The notes below the pieces were generated by a model. It was not told where the DNA came from, did not search any database, and saw only the letters and a program-made list of their open reading frames with translations. The position numbers and the translations under genes were made by a program. Positions 25,100 to 37,855 of a stretch of DNA of 64,000 nt are shown here, piece by piece. Every line of letters begins with the position of its first letter. Position 1 is the stretch's first letter. This DNA is from Leucoraja erinacea (Eukaryota): positions 34,906,001 to 34,970,000 of the forward strand of contig NC_073391.1 in NCBI RefSeq assembly GCF_028641065.1, given 5' to 3'.

Positions 25100-26390
25100 A
25101 AGTGTAATGAGGCATGCGCGAATGAAGACAGACCGGTGGCACTAATATCTGGGGCGATCAAGTGTTTTGAGATGTTGGTGATTACACATATCAACTCCTT
25201 CTTCAACAAGAACCTGGACCCACTACAATTTGCCCACTGCCACAATAGACCCACAGGGGGTGTGATCTCGCTAGTTCTCCACTCTTCACTGGACCACTTG
25301 GACAATAAGAACGCATCAACTGTAGCTGGCATTCAACACCATTATCTCCAAACTTATCATCAAACTCAGAGAACTGGGTCTATGTACATCTTTATGCAAC
25401 TGGATCTTCAACTTCCTCACTGGCAGACCTCAATCTGGACCAATTGGCGACAACATTTCCTCACCGGTTACTCACCACAGGGGCACCTCAAGGATCTTTG
25501 TTCAGTCATATACTCGACTGACACTATATCCATGACTGTGTAGCCAGTCTCATCTTTACATCTGCTGAAGATGCTATCGTTGTTGGACAAATAATGAATA
25601 TTATAATGGTATATGGACACACTGATCTGTTTTGTAGTTAATGCCTACTTTGTTATGCTGAAGCAAAGCAAGAATTTCATTGTCCTATCAGGAACACATG
25701 ACAATAAACTTCCTTGAATCCTGAATCTTGAATCTAATGGTGAGTCAGAGGATAGGAGGGAGATTGATATTCAATTGTGATTCAATGGTGCCAGAACAAC
25801 AATTTTGCTTTCAACATTAACGTTAGAAGGGGAAAGCCAATGAACCACGAACCTATCTTCATCGATGGGTTGGCGGTGGAGAGAGCCAACAACGTCCAGT
25901 TTCTGCAAGAGCATATCTCTGAAGATCTGTGCTGAGCCCAGCACAGCGATGCAATCAGAAAGAAAGCTCGTCAATGCTTCTGCTTTCTTAGAGGATTGAT
26001 GAAATTTGGTTTGTCCCCAAATACTCCATCAACCTTCCACATGTGTACGGTGAAGAGACACCGACTGGAACCATCACAGACTGGATGGCTCTGTACCTCA
26101 AATGCCCAGCAATGAAGATTACAGAGAGAGGTGGACACTGCCCAGATCATCACAGGTATTGACCTCCCCACCATCGAATAGATCTACAAGGGGCTCTGCT
26201 TTGATCTTCAATGGACAATGACCATGTCTGTTGTACGGACTTCAGTTTTGCACTATTATGGCTACCAAACATTATTGATTATTAATTGATTGTATTATTG
26301 ATTGTTATCCATTATATCTATCATGTTATGTTGATGTGAAGCTGCAGCAAAAATTTAATTGTTCCATTGCCATTAAATATGACTAATAAC
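25100..26390 (+). mobile_element. Degraded Rex/Babar LINE
   Basis: RPVALIS..IKCFE, LDPLQFA..HNR remnants with many disruptions. Confidence 0.75.
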
Positions 26391-27427
26391 CACGCTTCAC
26401 ACAGAGAGTGGTGAATCTCTGGAACTCTCTGCCACAGAGGGTAGTTGAGGCCAGTTCATTGGCTATATTTAAGAGGGAGTTAGATGTGGCCCTTGTGGCT
26501 AAGGGGATCAGGGGGGTATGGAGAGAATGCAGGTACGGGATGCTGAGTTGGATGATCAGCCATGATCATATTGAATGGCGGTGCAGGCTCGAAGGGCCGA
26601 ATGGCCTACTCCTGCACCTAATTTCTATGTTTCTATGTTTGACGACAATATATTTTTATGAACACACACTGGGAACAATTTACAATTTGCATAAGCCAAT
26701 TAACCCAAAACGTCACCCATTCTTTTTATCCAGAGATGCTGCTTGACTGGTCGGGTTACACCATCACTTTATGTCTATCTCCGCAATATACCAGCATCTG
26801 CAGTTCCTTTCTAGACAAACTACAAACCTGTACATCTTTGGAGTGTAGGAGGAAACCGGTGCACCCGCGGCCACAGGGAGACGGTTCAAGCTCCATACAG
26901 AGAGCACCCGTCATCAGGATCAAACCTGGATCTCTGACACTGTGAGGCAACAGCTTGACCACTGTGCCACTGTGACTCTGAGCCCGAGACAAGCCACCTT
27001 CTCGCACAGGGCACGGCAACTTCTGGCAGGATGAGTGGGACGTGACTGTGGTGGATCCCGTCAACACTCGATGCTTCGGGTCAATGATTTGACCTCGGGG
27101 CAGGGAGAGGACAGGGGTCATTTCACAGAGGCTATGATACGATACGATACGATACAATGGAACTTTATTTATCCCAGGAGAGAAATTGATCTGACAACAG
27201 TCATAAAACACAAACTACATGAAACATGAAATTAAAGTGTCGAGTGGAAAGGAGTGAGGGGAATGAGGGGGGGGGGATTGTACATGGTGCTGGAAGGCTG
27301 ACTCCTCCCAGTCCCCACCAACACGCGGAGGAGGCAGCGTTTGGAAGATAGTCGGGGACGGGACGCAGGTCTCCCCTCTTCCCAGTGGTCAGCAGGCTGA
27401 GAAACCTCCGGCCAGTCCCACCGCGGA

Positions 27428-27549
27428 TCAGTCAAAGAGGTAGACGCTACGGTACGAGCTCCGGTCACCGAGGAAGCGCGGCGTGTGCTGATCGATCAAT
27501 GCCGACTCTTCTTCCTCTTTACTGGCAAACCGGTGAAGATTTCTCCTGG
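27428..27549 (-). CDS. GGH: GGH-like copy B, exon 10 (ARRNLHRFASKEEEESALI...YLFD*)
   Basis: 122 nt, caacag| acceptor, TGA stop. Confidence 0.92.
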
Positions 27550-27809
27550 CTGTTGGGAAAGAAAAAAATAAATACAGTTTAAAATATTTAAATGTAATTA
27601 CTAGCCAGACACGTGGCAGAGGCCTTCCCCGAGTTGTCGCAGCCTCGGTGACCACCTGGGGATAAAACAAAAAAGGAATTGTGGGACTGGGATGGGAGAG
27701 GAGGTTACGGGGGGGGGGGGGAGGAAGGGGGGGAGAGAGATGGGGTCGTTTCTCCCCCCCCCCCCATCTCTGCAGCACTTTACGGCCATGGGAGTTTCCA
27801 CAGACGTAC

Positions 27810-27947
27810 CTTCATTTATGAAGAAGTCAGCCAGTAGGTAGGACATCCTGACTCCCAGGGGACAGTGTGGAGCATCCAAGCTTTCCTTCCAGATAAAGCG
27901 GTTCGCTTCCGGATGCCACTGGGTGCCGTAAATCGGATACTGGAGAG
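27810..27947 (-). CDS. GGH: GGH-like copy B, exon 9 (YPIYGTQWHPE)
   Basis: 138 nt, AG/GT flanks; catalytic His/Glu motif. Confidence 0.94.
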
Positions 27948-28114
27948 CTGCAGGAGGAACCAATGTAGCTCAGTATAAAGCAGCCGGAGACAATGTCAGT
28001 GACGTGGGCAGGGCGTGTGTGTGTGTGTGTGTGTCCGTCTCTCTCTCTCTGTGTGTGTGTGTGTGTCCCCCCCCTCTCTCCCCCCTCCAGGACAGGGAGG
28101 TGTACTACATTCAC

Positions 28115-28402
28115 NNNNNNNNNNNNNNNNNNNNNNNNNNNNNNNNNNNNNNNNNNNNNNNNNNNNNNNNNNNNNNNNNNNNNNNNNNNNNNNNNNNNNN
28201 NNNNNNNNNNNNNNNNNNNNNNNNNNNNNNNNNNNNNNNNNNNNNNNNNNNNNNNNNNNNNNNNNNNNNNNNNNNNNNNNNNNNNNNNNNNNNNNNNNNN
28301 NNNNNNNNNNNNNNNNNNNNNNNNNNNNNNNNNNNNNNNNNNNNNNNNNNNNNNNNNNNNNNNNNNNNNNNNNNNNNNNNNNNNNNNNNNNNNNNNNNNN
28401 NN
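28115..28402. other. Assembly gap
   Basis: Run of N. Confidence 1.
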
Positions 28403-29225
28403 GGATAGGGTGAGAGTGTGTAGGTGTGTCAGGGTATGTGTGTGACAGGGTGTGTGTGTCAGGGTGTGTGTGTGTGTGTGTGACGGTATGTGTGTGTAAG
28501 GTATGCAAGGTATGCATGAGTCAGGATGTGTGTGTGCAAGGTATGTCTGCGTGAGGGTGTGTGCATATGCATGTGTGTGTCTGTGATAGTATGTGTGTGA
28601 GTGTCAATGTGTAAGTGTGTGTGTGTGTGAGGGTGTGTGTGTCACAGTGTGTGTGGGTGTGTACATATGCCTGTGTGTGTGTGTGTGAGTGTGTGTATGA
28701 GGGTGTGTGTCACGGTATATGTGGGTTGTGCATTGTAAGGGTCAAAGGTTCATAGTAGCAAAAATAGAGTAATCAGCTAGATTGGCAGAACAGCATTCCA
28801 TTCTGATTACCCCAAACAATTCTGTGAATGCCTGATTACGCCTGGGATTGCTGAGCTGTCATTGTTTGGCGGACCACCTATGGTGTGTGAAGGTATGTGT
28901 GTGAAAGTGTGTGGAAGCAAAATGCTGGAGTAACTCAGCGAGTCAGGCAGCATCTTTGGAGAGAAGGAATGGGTGACGTGTGTGTCTGGATGTGTGTGTC
29001 AGGGTATGTGTGTCAGGACACATCTTTGTGTGAGGGTGTGTGTGTGTGTGTCAGAGCATGTGTGTGTTTCAAGTCATGTCTCTGTGTGAGGATGCGCGTG
29101 TGTGGCAGGGTGTGAGTCAGGGTGCATGCAACTGTGAGTGTGTGTTTGTCAGGGTATGTGATGATGTGTGTGTGTGTGTGTTAGGGTGTGTGTGTTAGGG
29201 TGTGTGTGTGTGTGTTAGGGTGTGA
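28403..29225. repeat. Degenerate (TG)n simple-repeat region
   Basis: Interrupted TG runs. Confidence 0.85.
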
Positions 29226-29279
29226 GTGGCTCTCCGTCCCAGATGTCGGGATACCCACACAATAAACAATAGACAACTG

Positions 29280-30285
29280 ACAATAGGTGCAGGAGTAGGC
29301 CATTCTGCCCTTCGAGCCAGCCCCGCCATTCAATGTGATCATGGCTGATCATCCCAAATCAGTACCCCGTTCCTGCCTTCTCCCCATATCCCCTGACTCC
29401 ATTTCTTTAAGAGCCCCATCTAGCTCTCTCTTGAAAGCATCCAGAGAACCAGCCTCCACCACCCTCTGAGGCAGAGAATTCCTCAGACTCACCACTCTCT
29501 GTGAGAAAAAGTGTTTCCTCATCTCCGTTTTAAAATGGCTTACCCCTTATTCTTAAACTGTGGGCCATGGTTCTGGACTCCCCCAACATCGGGAATATGT
29601 TTTCTGTCTCTAGCGTGTCCAAACCCTTACTAATCTTATATGTTTCAATAAGATTCCTTCTCATCCTTCTAAACTCCGGAGTGTACAAGCCTAGCTGCTC
29701 CATTCTCTCAGCATATGGCAGACCCGCCATCCCAGGAATTAACCTTGTAAACCTGCACTGCACTCCCTCAATAGCAAAAATGTCCTTCGTCAAATTAGGG
29801 GACCAAAACGCCACACGATACTCCAGGTGTGGTCTCACTAGGGCCCTGTACAACTGCAGAAGGACTGCTTTGCTCCTATACTCAACTCCCCTTGTTATAA
29901 AGGCCAACATTCCATTCGCTTTCTTCATTGCTTACTGTACATGCATGCTGACTTTCATTGACTGATGAACAAGGACCCTGAGATCACGTTATACTTCCCC
30001 TTTTCCCAACATGACACCATTTAGATAGTAATCTGCCTTCCTATTTTTGCTACGAAGGTGGATAACCTCACATTAATCCACATTAAACTACATCTGCCAT
30101 GCATCTGCCCACTCCCCCAACCTGTCCAAGTGACCCTGCATTCACGTAGCATCCTCCTAACAGTTCACACTGCCACCCAGCTTTGTGTCATCTGTGAATT
30201 TGCTAATGTTACTTTGAATCTCTTCTTCTAAATCATTGATGTATATTGTAAATAGCTGCGGTCCCAGCACCGAGCCTTGCGGTAC
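29280..30285 (-). mobile_element. CR1 LINE 3' fragment (older subfamily)
   Basis: KKANGMLAFI, LYRALVRPHLEY, CR1 3'UTR. Confidence 0.9.
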
Positions 30286-30383
30286 ACAAGCATGTACATT
30301 ATTCAGAACCGCATGTCTCTAATGTCCGGATTGCCCTGTGGTGTCAGACCCCCAGCCCATGACCACCCCCAGACTCTCCCTAC

Positions 30384-30477
30384 CTTCCATGGTGGAGACG
30401 AAGGTGATTCCTTGTGGGTCGGTGTTGGTGGAGATGAGTCTGTAGAAGGAGCGCAGCTTCTCGTTCGCCTCAAAGGC
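30384..30477 (-). CDS. GGH: GGH-like copy B, exon 8 (AFEANEKLRSFYRLISTNTDPQGITFVSTME)
   Basis: 94 nt, AG/GT flanks. Confidence 0.92.
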
Positions 30478-30970
30478 CTAAAGCCAAGGTCGCGATCAGT
30501 CACTGGGGGACGGAGCCCAGATTCCCATCCCCCAAACCAACGTCCCCTGCACACTACCCTCTTCCACCCTAACCCCATCCCCCCACCACACCCTGTCGCC
30601 AAACCACCACCCACCCACCGTACCCCCTCCCCACCCACCCCCCCACCACCCCTCTCCCACCCAGTCCCCACCAACTGCCCCTCCATACCATCCCCCCACC
30701 GCACCTGCCCCCCCAAACCACCACCCACTGTACCATCCCCCCCCCACACAACCCTCTCCCCCCCACCCTCATCCTCCCACCCAGTCCCCTCCAATCTATT
30801 CCCCTCCCATCCAGTCCCCTCCCACCGCCCCTCCATACCACCACCACCCCCCCCCCCCCCCCCCCCCCACCACCACCCACCTGCCTACAATGTGCAATTC
30901 ACTGGACCCACACACCGCCCCGAACACAGATCCCTCTCCCACCACTCCGCTGCTCGCCGCCCCATCTTAC

Positions 30971-31077
30971 CTCCAGGGTGAGGCTGTACTTGTGGAAGTG
31001 ACCGGGCAGGGGGTTTTCCGCTAAAACTCTCATCAGCTCTGGGGGGAAGTCACGGAACATTCGGCAGCTTTTTGTTT
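30971..31077 (-). CDS. GGH: GGH-like copy B, exon 7 (ETKSCRMFRDFPPELMRVLAENPLPGHFHKYSLTLE)
   Basis: 107 nt, AG/GT flanks. Confidence 0.92.
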
Positions 31078-31087
31078 CTGAGAAGGT

Positions 31088-31470
31088 GCGGGTCAGGGTC
31101 AGTGTCAGTGGCGGAGTCAGGGTTGAGGTCAGTGTCTGGGTCAGGGGTCAGTGTCGGGGTCAGGTTCGCTGTCGGTGTCAGGGTCACAGTCGGGTCAGTG
31201 TCGGATTCACAATCGGGGTAGGGGTCAGTGTCGGGGTCAGGATCAGTGTAGGGGTCAGGGTCAGGGTCAGTGTCGGGTTCGTGTCGGGGTTACAGTCGGT
31301 GTCGGGGTCAGAGTCGGTGTCGGGGGAGGGGTAGATGTAGGGGTCAGGGTCAGTGTCGGGGGTCAGTGTCGGGGTCACGGTCGGGGGTCAGTGTCGGGGT
31401 CGAGGAACAGTGTTGTGGTCAGTGTCGAGGGTCAGGGTCGGGGTCAGTGTCGGGGTCAGTGTCCGGAGTC
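31088..31470. repeat. (GGGTCA/GTGTCG)n hexamer-based repeat
   Basis: Direct observation. Confidence 0.85.
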
Positions 31471-32126
31471 AGTCCGGGGAGTTGGCCTATTGAGTCTACT
31501 CCGCCATTCAATCGTGGCTGATGTATTTTTCCCTCACAACCCCATTCTCCTGCCTTCTCCCAGAAACCTTCGACGTAACATAAACCAAATAAATCCAAAC
31601 CGAAATCAAAGCTTGATTGCAACTTTAAAGGAGATTTGCAGGGCAACTTTTTATAACAGTGGAGGGCCTGGAACGTACTGCGACGGGTGGTGGTGGAGAC
31701 GTGTTTGGGAGTCTTGTGGATTGGTGCATGATGTGCAGAGAATAGACGGAAATGGATCCGGTGCAGGGAGATAACAATTTGTCTTCCCATCCTGTTTAGC
31801 ACGGACATTGTGGGCCGAATGGCCTATTCTTGTGCAGTATTGTCCTTTGTTCTATCATTCCGAGGGAGACAATACTATGTTAAATGCTCGTGTCTTTGGT
31901 GAAGGAGCCCTGGGCACCTGGCACTGAGGTCAGAGTGAGTTTGCCCAGACGGTGTGGGATCTTCAGCCACGATCACCCTGTGGCTCAGCACTTCAAATCC
32001 CCCTCCCATCCCGAATCCGACCTTTCTGTCCCGTGCCTCCTCCATTGCCATAGTGAGCACCACCGGAAATTGGGGGAGCAGCACTTCATATTCCGCCTGG
32101 GCAGTCTGCGTCCCGGAGGCCTGAAC

Positions 32127-32164
32127 CAAAGATCTTAGAGCAGAGCTCCGCTAGAAGATCTTTG
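32127..32164. mobile_element. 38-bp remnant of the CAAAG-TIR transposon family
   Basis: CAAAGATCTT...AAGATCTTTG between perfect 8-bp TSDs GCCTGAAC. Confidence 0.85.
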
Positions 32165-32267
32165 GCCTGAACTTCTTGACTTCTCCAATTTCCGGTAGCT
32201 CTTGCTGTCTCCTCCCCTTCCTAGCTCAACCTCCTCCTCTTCCTTTCTTCTCTCCCCCACCCTGCAT

Positions 32268-32300
32268 CAAATATCTGATAGCGAAGATATAAGATCTTTG
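32268..32300. mobile_element. 33-bp remnant of the CAAAG-TIR transposon family
   Basis: CAAATATCTGATAGCGAAG...TATAAGATCTTTG between perfect 8-bp TSDs CCCTGCAT. Confidence 0.85.
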
Positions 32301-32808
32301 CCCTGCATCAGTCTGAAGAAGGGTTTCGGCCAGAAACGTTGCCTATTTCCTTCGCTCCATGGATGCTGTCGCACCCGCTGAGTTTCTCCAACAATTTTGT
32401 CTATCTTCAGCCACTCTGTTCATTCACGTCTGAGGTAAACAGGTGCCGGGGGAGGGAGCCGGAGTTTCTGGGAATCGGGCAGGAGGCTGGATCGTTGGAG
32501 AATCGGTCTAACCAGGACTAACTGGAGGGGCTGAATGGTCAGTTCCTGATTCGCTGCCGGCCCGGACAGTGCACCTCGTGGCCTTGCAATTCGTATCCCC
32601 CCTCCCCGGGCCCCCCCCCCCCCCCCCTCCCAACCCGCTTCATCCACGCCTCTACCGTGTATCTCCCGCTCTGTATCCCACGGCCCCTCTCCCTCGCCTT
32701 GACCCCCCTCTCCCCCGGGCAGTCCGTGCCCCACGCCTCCTCTTCCCCCGTCCACCGACCCACCCACTCCGTACCCCACGCCCCATCCAGTCCCACCCCG
32801 CCCCGTAC

Positions 32809-32947
32809 CGGGGGTGAAGTGGAGCGGCAGCGCCACGTTGCCGCTGTCCGTGCGGCGGAGCAGGTTTTGACCGGCGGTGAGCGCCGTCAGCAGCTGGTGG
32901 CCCAGACACGTGCCCCACACCGGGAAATAGTCGCCCCGGTCACCGGC
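32809..32947 (-). CDS. GGH: GGH-like copy B, exon 6 (GDYFPVWGTCLG)
   Basis: 139 nt, AG/GT flanks; catalytic Cys. Confidence 0.95.
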
Positions 32948-33229
32948 CTGTGGAGAGAAAGAAAGAAAGGAGGGGGTCAACATTGCACGAAGGGGTCACG
33001 CAGTCTCCCGGGCCCGGGGCAGGGCGCAGTCTCCCGGCCAGTTACAGCATTAACATCAGCAACAGAAAGGCAGAGCGCTGGAGGAACTCCGCGGGTCAGG
33101 CAGCATCTGGAGAGAATGGACGGATGGTGTTTCGCGTCGGGACCCTTCTTCAGGCAGATTGCGTGGGGGAAGGAGTCCAGCCCAATAACCAGCGGTGCTA
33201 GGACTGCTACTCTTCACGTTGTCTCTCTA

Positions 33230-33565
33230 TGACACAGTGGTGCTGCAGTAGAGTTGTCGCCTTAGACCCAGGTTCTAAGGTTGTCTTAGACCCAGGCAGC
33301 GCCAGAGACCCTGACTACTTGTGCTGTCTGTATATGGACTTTGTACGTTCATCCCGTGACCGCGTGGGTTTTCCCCGGGTGCTCCGGTTTCCTCCCACAT
33401 TCCTAAGACTTACAGGTTTGTAGATTAATTGGCTTGTAATTTGTCCCTAGTGTTTAGGATAGTGTAGAGTATTGGGATCGCTGGTCGACACGGACTCGGT
33501 GGTTCGACACGGACTCGGTGGGCCGAAGGGCCAGTTTCCGCGCCGTATCCCTAAAGTAAAGTCTA
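33230..33565 (+). mobile_element. tRNA-derived SINE; related copies near 23205-23450, 35970-36460, 57165-57460, 57905-58185, 61270-61450 and 62040-62270
   Basis: A/B-box-like head, conserved core GGTTTCCTCCCACA..CCAAAGAC, LINE-like tail GGGCCGAAGGGCC. Confidence 0.75.
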
Positions 33566-34334
33566 AGTATTTCGATAAAGGAAATTATGAATTTGTGGCC
33601 AGGTTTGTGTGATACCAAAGTCGGCGGAGGGACAGGTAGTGTTGAGGAAACGGACTCTGCAGAGAGACTTGGACAGGTTGGGAGACGTGGCAGATGGAAT
33701 ACAGTGTAGCAAAGTGTGGAGTCAGGCATTTTGGTAGTAGGAATGAAGACGGAGACTATTTACTAAAAGGGGAAAGGATTCGGAAATATGAGGTGCAAAA
33801 GGACTTAGGAGTGCTAGTGCATGATTCACAAAAGTTAATTTTGAAATTCCAATCAGTAGTAAGGAAGGCGAATGCAATGTTGGCATTTATTGTCAGAGGA
33901 CTTGAATACAAACAAACAGCGATGTAATGCTGAGGTTTTACAGGGCACTGATCAGACCGCATTTTGGAGTGTTGTGAGCAGTTTTTGGACCCATATCTAA
34001 GGAAGGATGTGCTGGCTCTGGAGATGGTTAGATATGGGGACAAACGTGGGTAAGTGGGTCTAGTTTAAATGGGTGTCGGTCGGCATGGGCGAGCTGGCCG
34101 AAGGGCCTGTATCCGTGTTGTATGAATTAATTAAAAAAAACACAGCTTCACAATTTCCAGTAAATAAGTCAGTGTCCCGACTGTCCTTAGCTCGGGAGCG
34201 TGAATGAAGGACAGCGGTCTGAGTCAGCCATCAGCTGTCGGTCACCGAACCGACACTGGACACCCCGGGGGTAACCTCACGGTCAGTCCCTGCGCCCCTC
34301 CTGCGCCCCTCTTCCACCCCTCCCCCCCCCTCTC

Positions 34335-34365
<31 letters not shown>

Positions 34366-34560
34366 ACACACACTCAGCTACATTGGAAAAAAATTGTATT
34401 TTTTTAAATCTTCTATATTTCCCCGTCATGTACAATGTTTACATATTCACATCTTCTGTCGTGCGGCAGCAAGTGAGAATTGCATTGTCCCAGGCAACCG
34501 GGACATATGGCGATAAAACACTCTTGACTCTTGACACACACAAGGCAAGCTCTAACTGAC

Positions 34561-34645
34561 CTGGATCGCCAGCCTGTAGATGATTCCGGCCACCCGGGCG
34601 AACTCCGAGGTCTCGAGGTCCACAGCCCCGCCAGGGAGCAGGATA
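34561..34645 (-). CDS. GGH: GGH-like copy B, exon 5 (ILLPGGAVDLETSEFARVAGIIYRLAIQ)
   Basis: 85 nt, AG/GT flanks. Confidence 0.92.
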
Positions 34646-35242
34646 CTGGGGGAGAGAGGTGACGGTCGGTAAATGGCACGGCGTACAGACCCGAGGATAT
34701 ATCGGACTATCGCGGCAGCGACGGCGCGGCGCACGGCTCCATTGCCTGAGCACAATGAACGCGGCAGCAACAACGTTGCATCGAGGGGTACCTGCCGGAT
34801 GTGACCGGCCGCTGACCGAGAACCAGGGGGTGGTAGGGGCTGGCCGACGGAGGAAACCTGTCCAACATAACAGAACACACAGTGCTGGAAAAACTCAGCG
34901 GGCCAGCAATAGCTGTGGTGGGAATAGACTGACGACGTTTGGGATTGGGACCCTTCTGCAGACTGATGGAGTAGGGGGCGGGGGGGGGGGGGGGGGGGGG
35001 GGGGTAGAAAGCTGGAAAAGAGAGGCTGGGTGGGACAAAGCCCATCGAGTGATAGATAGAAACAGGTGAGGAGGCTGATTGTGTAGCAGGTGACGAAGAC
35101 TGAAGGTGAAAAAGAGACAAAAGGGTGTCAGATAAGGAGAGAAGAGGAGGGGTGAAACGTAAAGGCGGAGGAGGAGGGAGAGGGGAGGGGGGGGGGGAGG
35201 GGGGGTGGGAGTCCGGAGCAGAAGGAAATGAGCAGGGCAATT

Positions 35243-35273
<31 letters not shown>

Positions 35274-35670
35274 CGCGCGCGCGCTGTGTGTGTGTGTATA
35301 TCCACATTGTTGTTTATTAGGGGTTTCACAGAGTACATGTCTGTAGTATTGCTTCAAGTAAGAATTACATTGTTCAGTTTCTAGCCAAACGACAATAAAA
35401 CACATTTGACTATTGACACAGGCAGGTCTGTGTGGTAACGTTCTGCGCATGCAGCTTCCTCCAACCGGACAGCGTGAGGCGCTGTGTGCCTTTCTGTGCC
35501 GGTTGCAGTCAGACGCGAGAGTGGCAACGAAGAGTCCGGTACTCGAGTGGAAGTAGGCAGCGAGGGACGCAGAGACAACCGGCGCCACTCGGGATGAGAG
35601 AGGGGGAGCATGTGTTCCCCGAGTGGCTAAAATATAACGAGAGAAAAAAATCTGATGATCAAACTCCTAC

Positions 35671-35721
35671 CCGTTTATTGAGTTAAATAGCTTCTCATAT
35701 TCAGACTCGTCGAGGTACAAT
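35671..35721 (-). CDS. GGH: GGH-like copy B, exon 4 (LYLDESEYEKLFNSING)
   Basis: 51 nt, ctgcag| and |GTAGGA. Confidence 0.92.
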
Positions 35722-36200
35722 CTGCAGAGAACAATGGCTTTTAGTCACCAAATCAAAATCTATCGTCACAACCCGCACTCGCCCAACCTAACCCAATTCC
35801 TAATTCATCGCAGCCTACATCCCCTTCTTATCCCAATTCTCAAGTCATTCACCACCCCAACTACCCATTCAACTCGCCCAACCAAGGCCACAACCCCCCA
35901 TCCCAATATCAATCCTAAACGCAGTCTCCATCTGCAATCCCTCATGTTCCCGATCGTTCCGGATTCTGCTAGACAGTGGCGCAGCGGTAGAGTTGCTGCC
36001 TCGTGGCGCCAGAGACCCGGGTTCAATCCTGACTACGGGTGCGGTCTGTGCAGTCTGTAACGTCCCCCCTGCGACCACGTGGGGTTTCTCCCACACTCCA
36101 AAGGCATGCAGGTTTGCAGGTTAATTGGCTTCAGTAAGTTGACCCTAGGCCTAGTGTGTACGATATGAAAGTGGGAATAACGAGCACCGGTGAACGGGAG

Positions 36201-36392
36201 TGTTCAAGAAGGAACTGCAGATGCTGGAAGATCGATGGTACACGAAATTGCTGGAGAAACTCAGCGGGTGCAGCAGCATCTATGGAGCGAAGGAAATAGG
36301 CGACGTATTTTCGACGGCCCGAAACGTCGCCTATTTCCTTCGCTCCATAGATGCTGCTGCACCCGCTGAGTTTCTCCAGCAATTTCTTGTAC
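36201..36392. mobile_element. Inverted-duplicated Penelope-type terminal unit
   Basis: ~70-bp inverted arms; 16-bp TSD CACCGGTGAACGGGAG. Confidence 0.8.
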
Positions 36393-37471
36393 CACCGGTG
36401 AACGGGAGATGGTTGGTCGGCGCGGGCTTGGTGGGCCTGTTTCCACGCTGTATTTCTAAACGAATGTAAAAAAACATCGCGAAGCGCTTTTCACTGATTT
36501 AAAAAAATATATCGATGAATGCAGCACGGAAACAGGCCTTTCGTTTGCCCGCGTTTGGCCCACATCCTTCTACAGCTTTTCAATCCTTGTACCTGTCCAA
36601 ATATCATTTAAATGTTGTTTTTGCATCCGTCTCGTCTACGTCCTCTGGCAGCTCGTTCTATATACCCAACACCCTCCGAGTGCAAAAGTTGCCCTGCAGG
36701 TTTTATTGAATTTCCCTATTTGATTTCCCTATCCTGCGGGGGAGGGGGGGGGGGGGGGGGGGGGGGGTCAAGAACTAGAGGGCATCGGTTGAGACTAAAA
36801 TTGAGATTAAACGATTAAATAGGAACCTGGAGGGCAACCTTTTTAAATAGAACTCTAACGGGGGATACATTCACCACATCTATTGTCCCTTATAATTTTA
36901 TACAAGGAATAGCGACCTAACCAGCCCGACCGCTTCCTGTAGATCAGGCCCTCGACTCCTGTGGCAACATCCATGTAAATCTTCTCTGCACTCTTTCCAG
37001 CTTAATAACAATTTTCCAACAACAGGGTGACTAAAACTCAACACAATACCCCAAACACAGCCTCATCAAAGCTCCTCACCTTCCCTCAGTCCTCACCCCT
37101 CCACTCCGCTCCCTCCTCCTCCTCTCCCCTCAACCCTCCTCATCCCTCCTCTCTGGCCCTCACCCCTCCTCTCCTCGCACCTTCCACCCTCCTCTCCCGG
37201 CCCTTACCTCACTCCAAGCCCCCACCCTCACCCCTCGCCATCTCCCCCCCATTTCCCCTCCCCCTCCTCCCCCCCCCCCCCCCCCCCACTCCCCTCGCCC
37301 TCAATCTTCACTTACTCCCCCACTCCTACAATCACCATTCATAATCCCACTAAAAACAAATGTCATTTGACGCGACGTTCCCATCTCCTCCGTTCATGTC
37401 CTTCGACGTCTTACCCGCAACCATCACCTCGGTCAGATACAAGGCCACCACGGGGTGCGCCGCGGGCTCAC

Positions 37472-37583
37472 CTGATGATCGCCACCCTGCAGCCGGCTGA
37501 CTCAAGGTACTTCACGTAGGTGCTCGCCACGTAGGTGCGGGCCTCCTGGGCCAGGTCGTCGCCCGTGTGCTGTGCCAGGATAC
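37472..37583 (-). CDS. GGH: GGH-like copy B, exon 3 (ILAQHTGDDLAQEARTYVASTYVKYLESAGCRVAIIR)
   Basis: 112 nt, AG/GT flanks; YVKYLESAG.RV. Confidence 0.93.
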
Positions 37584-37823
37584 CTGGTGGGAGAGGCAGG
37601 GGGGGGGTGAAGGCCGCGGACTGACTCGGGTCACACATAAATATAGCAGGTAGTGCAAAGAGAAACATACCAGAGTGAAGGATATAGTGTTACAGTGTTA
37701 CGGTTACAGAGAAAGCGCAGGGAAAAGAAAAAGTGCAAAGTCCGCAATGAGGTAGGATAGAAGATGGGGAGTTTGGCGATCACTGGTCCACGACGGGAGT
37801 AAACGGGCATCAACATCACTCAC

Positions 37824-37855
37824 CTATTATGGGTCGCTGGTTGAGGGTTGAAGCT
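37824..37855 (-). CDS. GGH: GGH-like copy B, exon 2 (ASTLNQRPIIG)
   Basis: 32 nt, ccacag| and |GTGAGT. In-frame TAA upstream with no ATG, so the exon must be spliced in. Confidence 0.88.

Larger units (their letters stand above)
31970..32405 (+). mobile_element. Penelope-like 3' fragment with terminal unit
   Basis: PVAQHF.SPSH..SDL, RKL.EQH.IFRLGSL.P.GLN; hammerhead-like CTGAAGA..GAAACGTT at ~32311-32341. Confidence 0.8.

Noticed and set aside
29180-29222. Telomere-like TTAGGG hexamers
   Set aside because: Only three isolated copies within a TG repeat.
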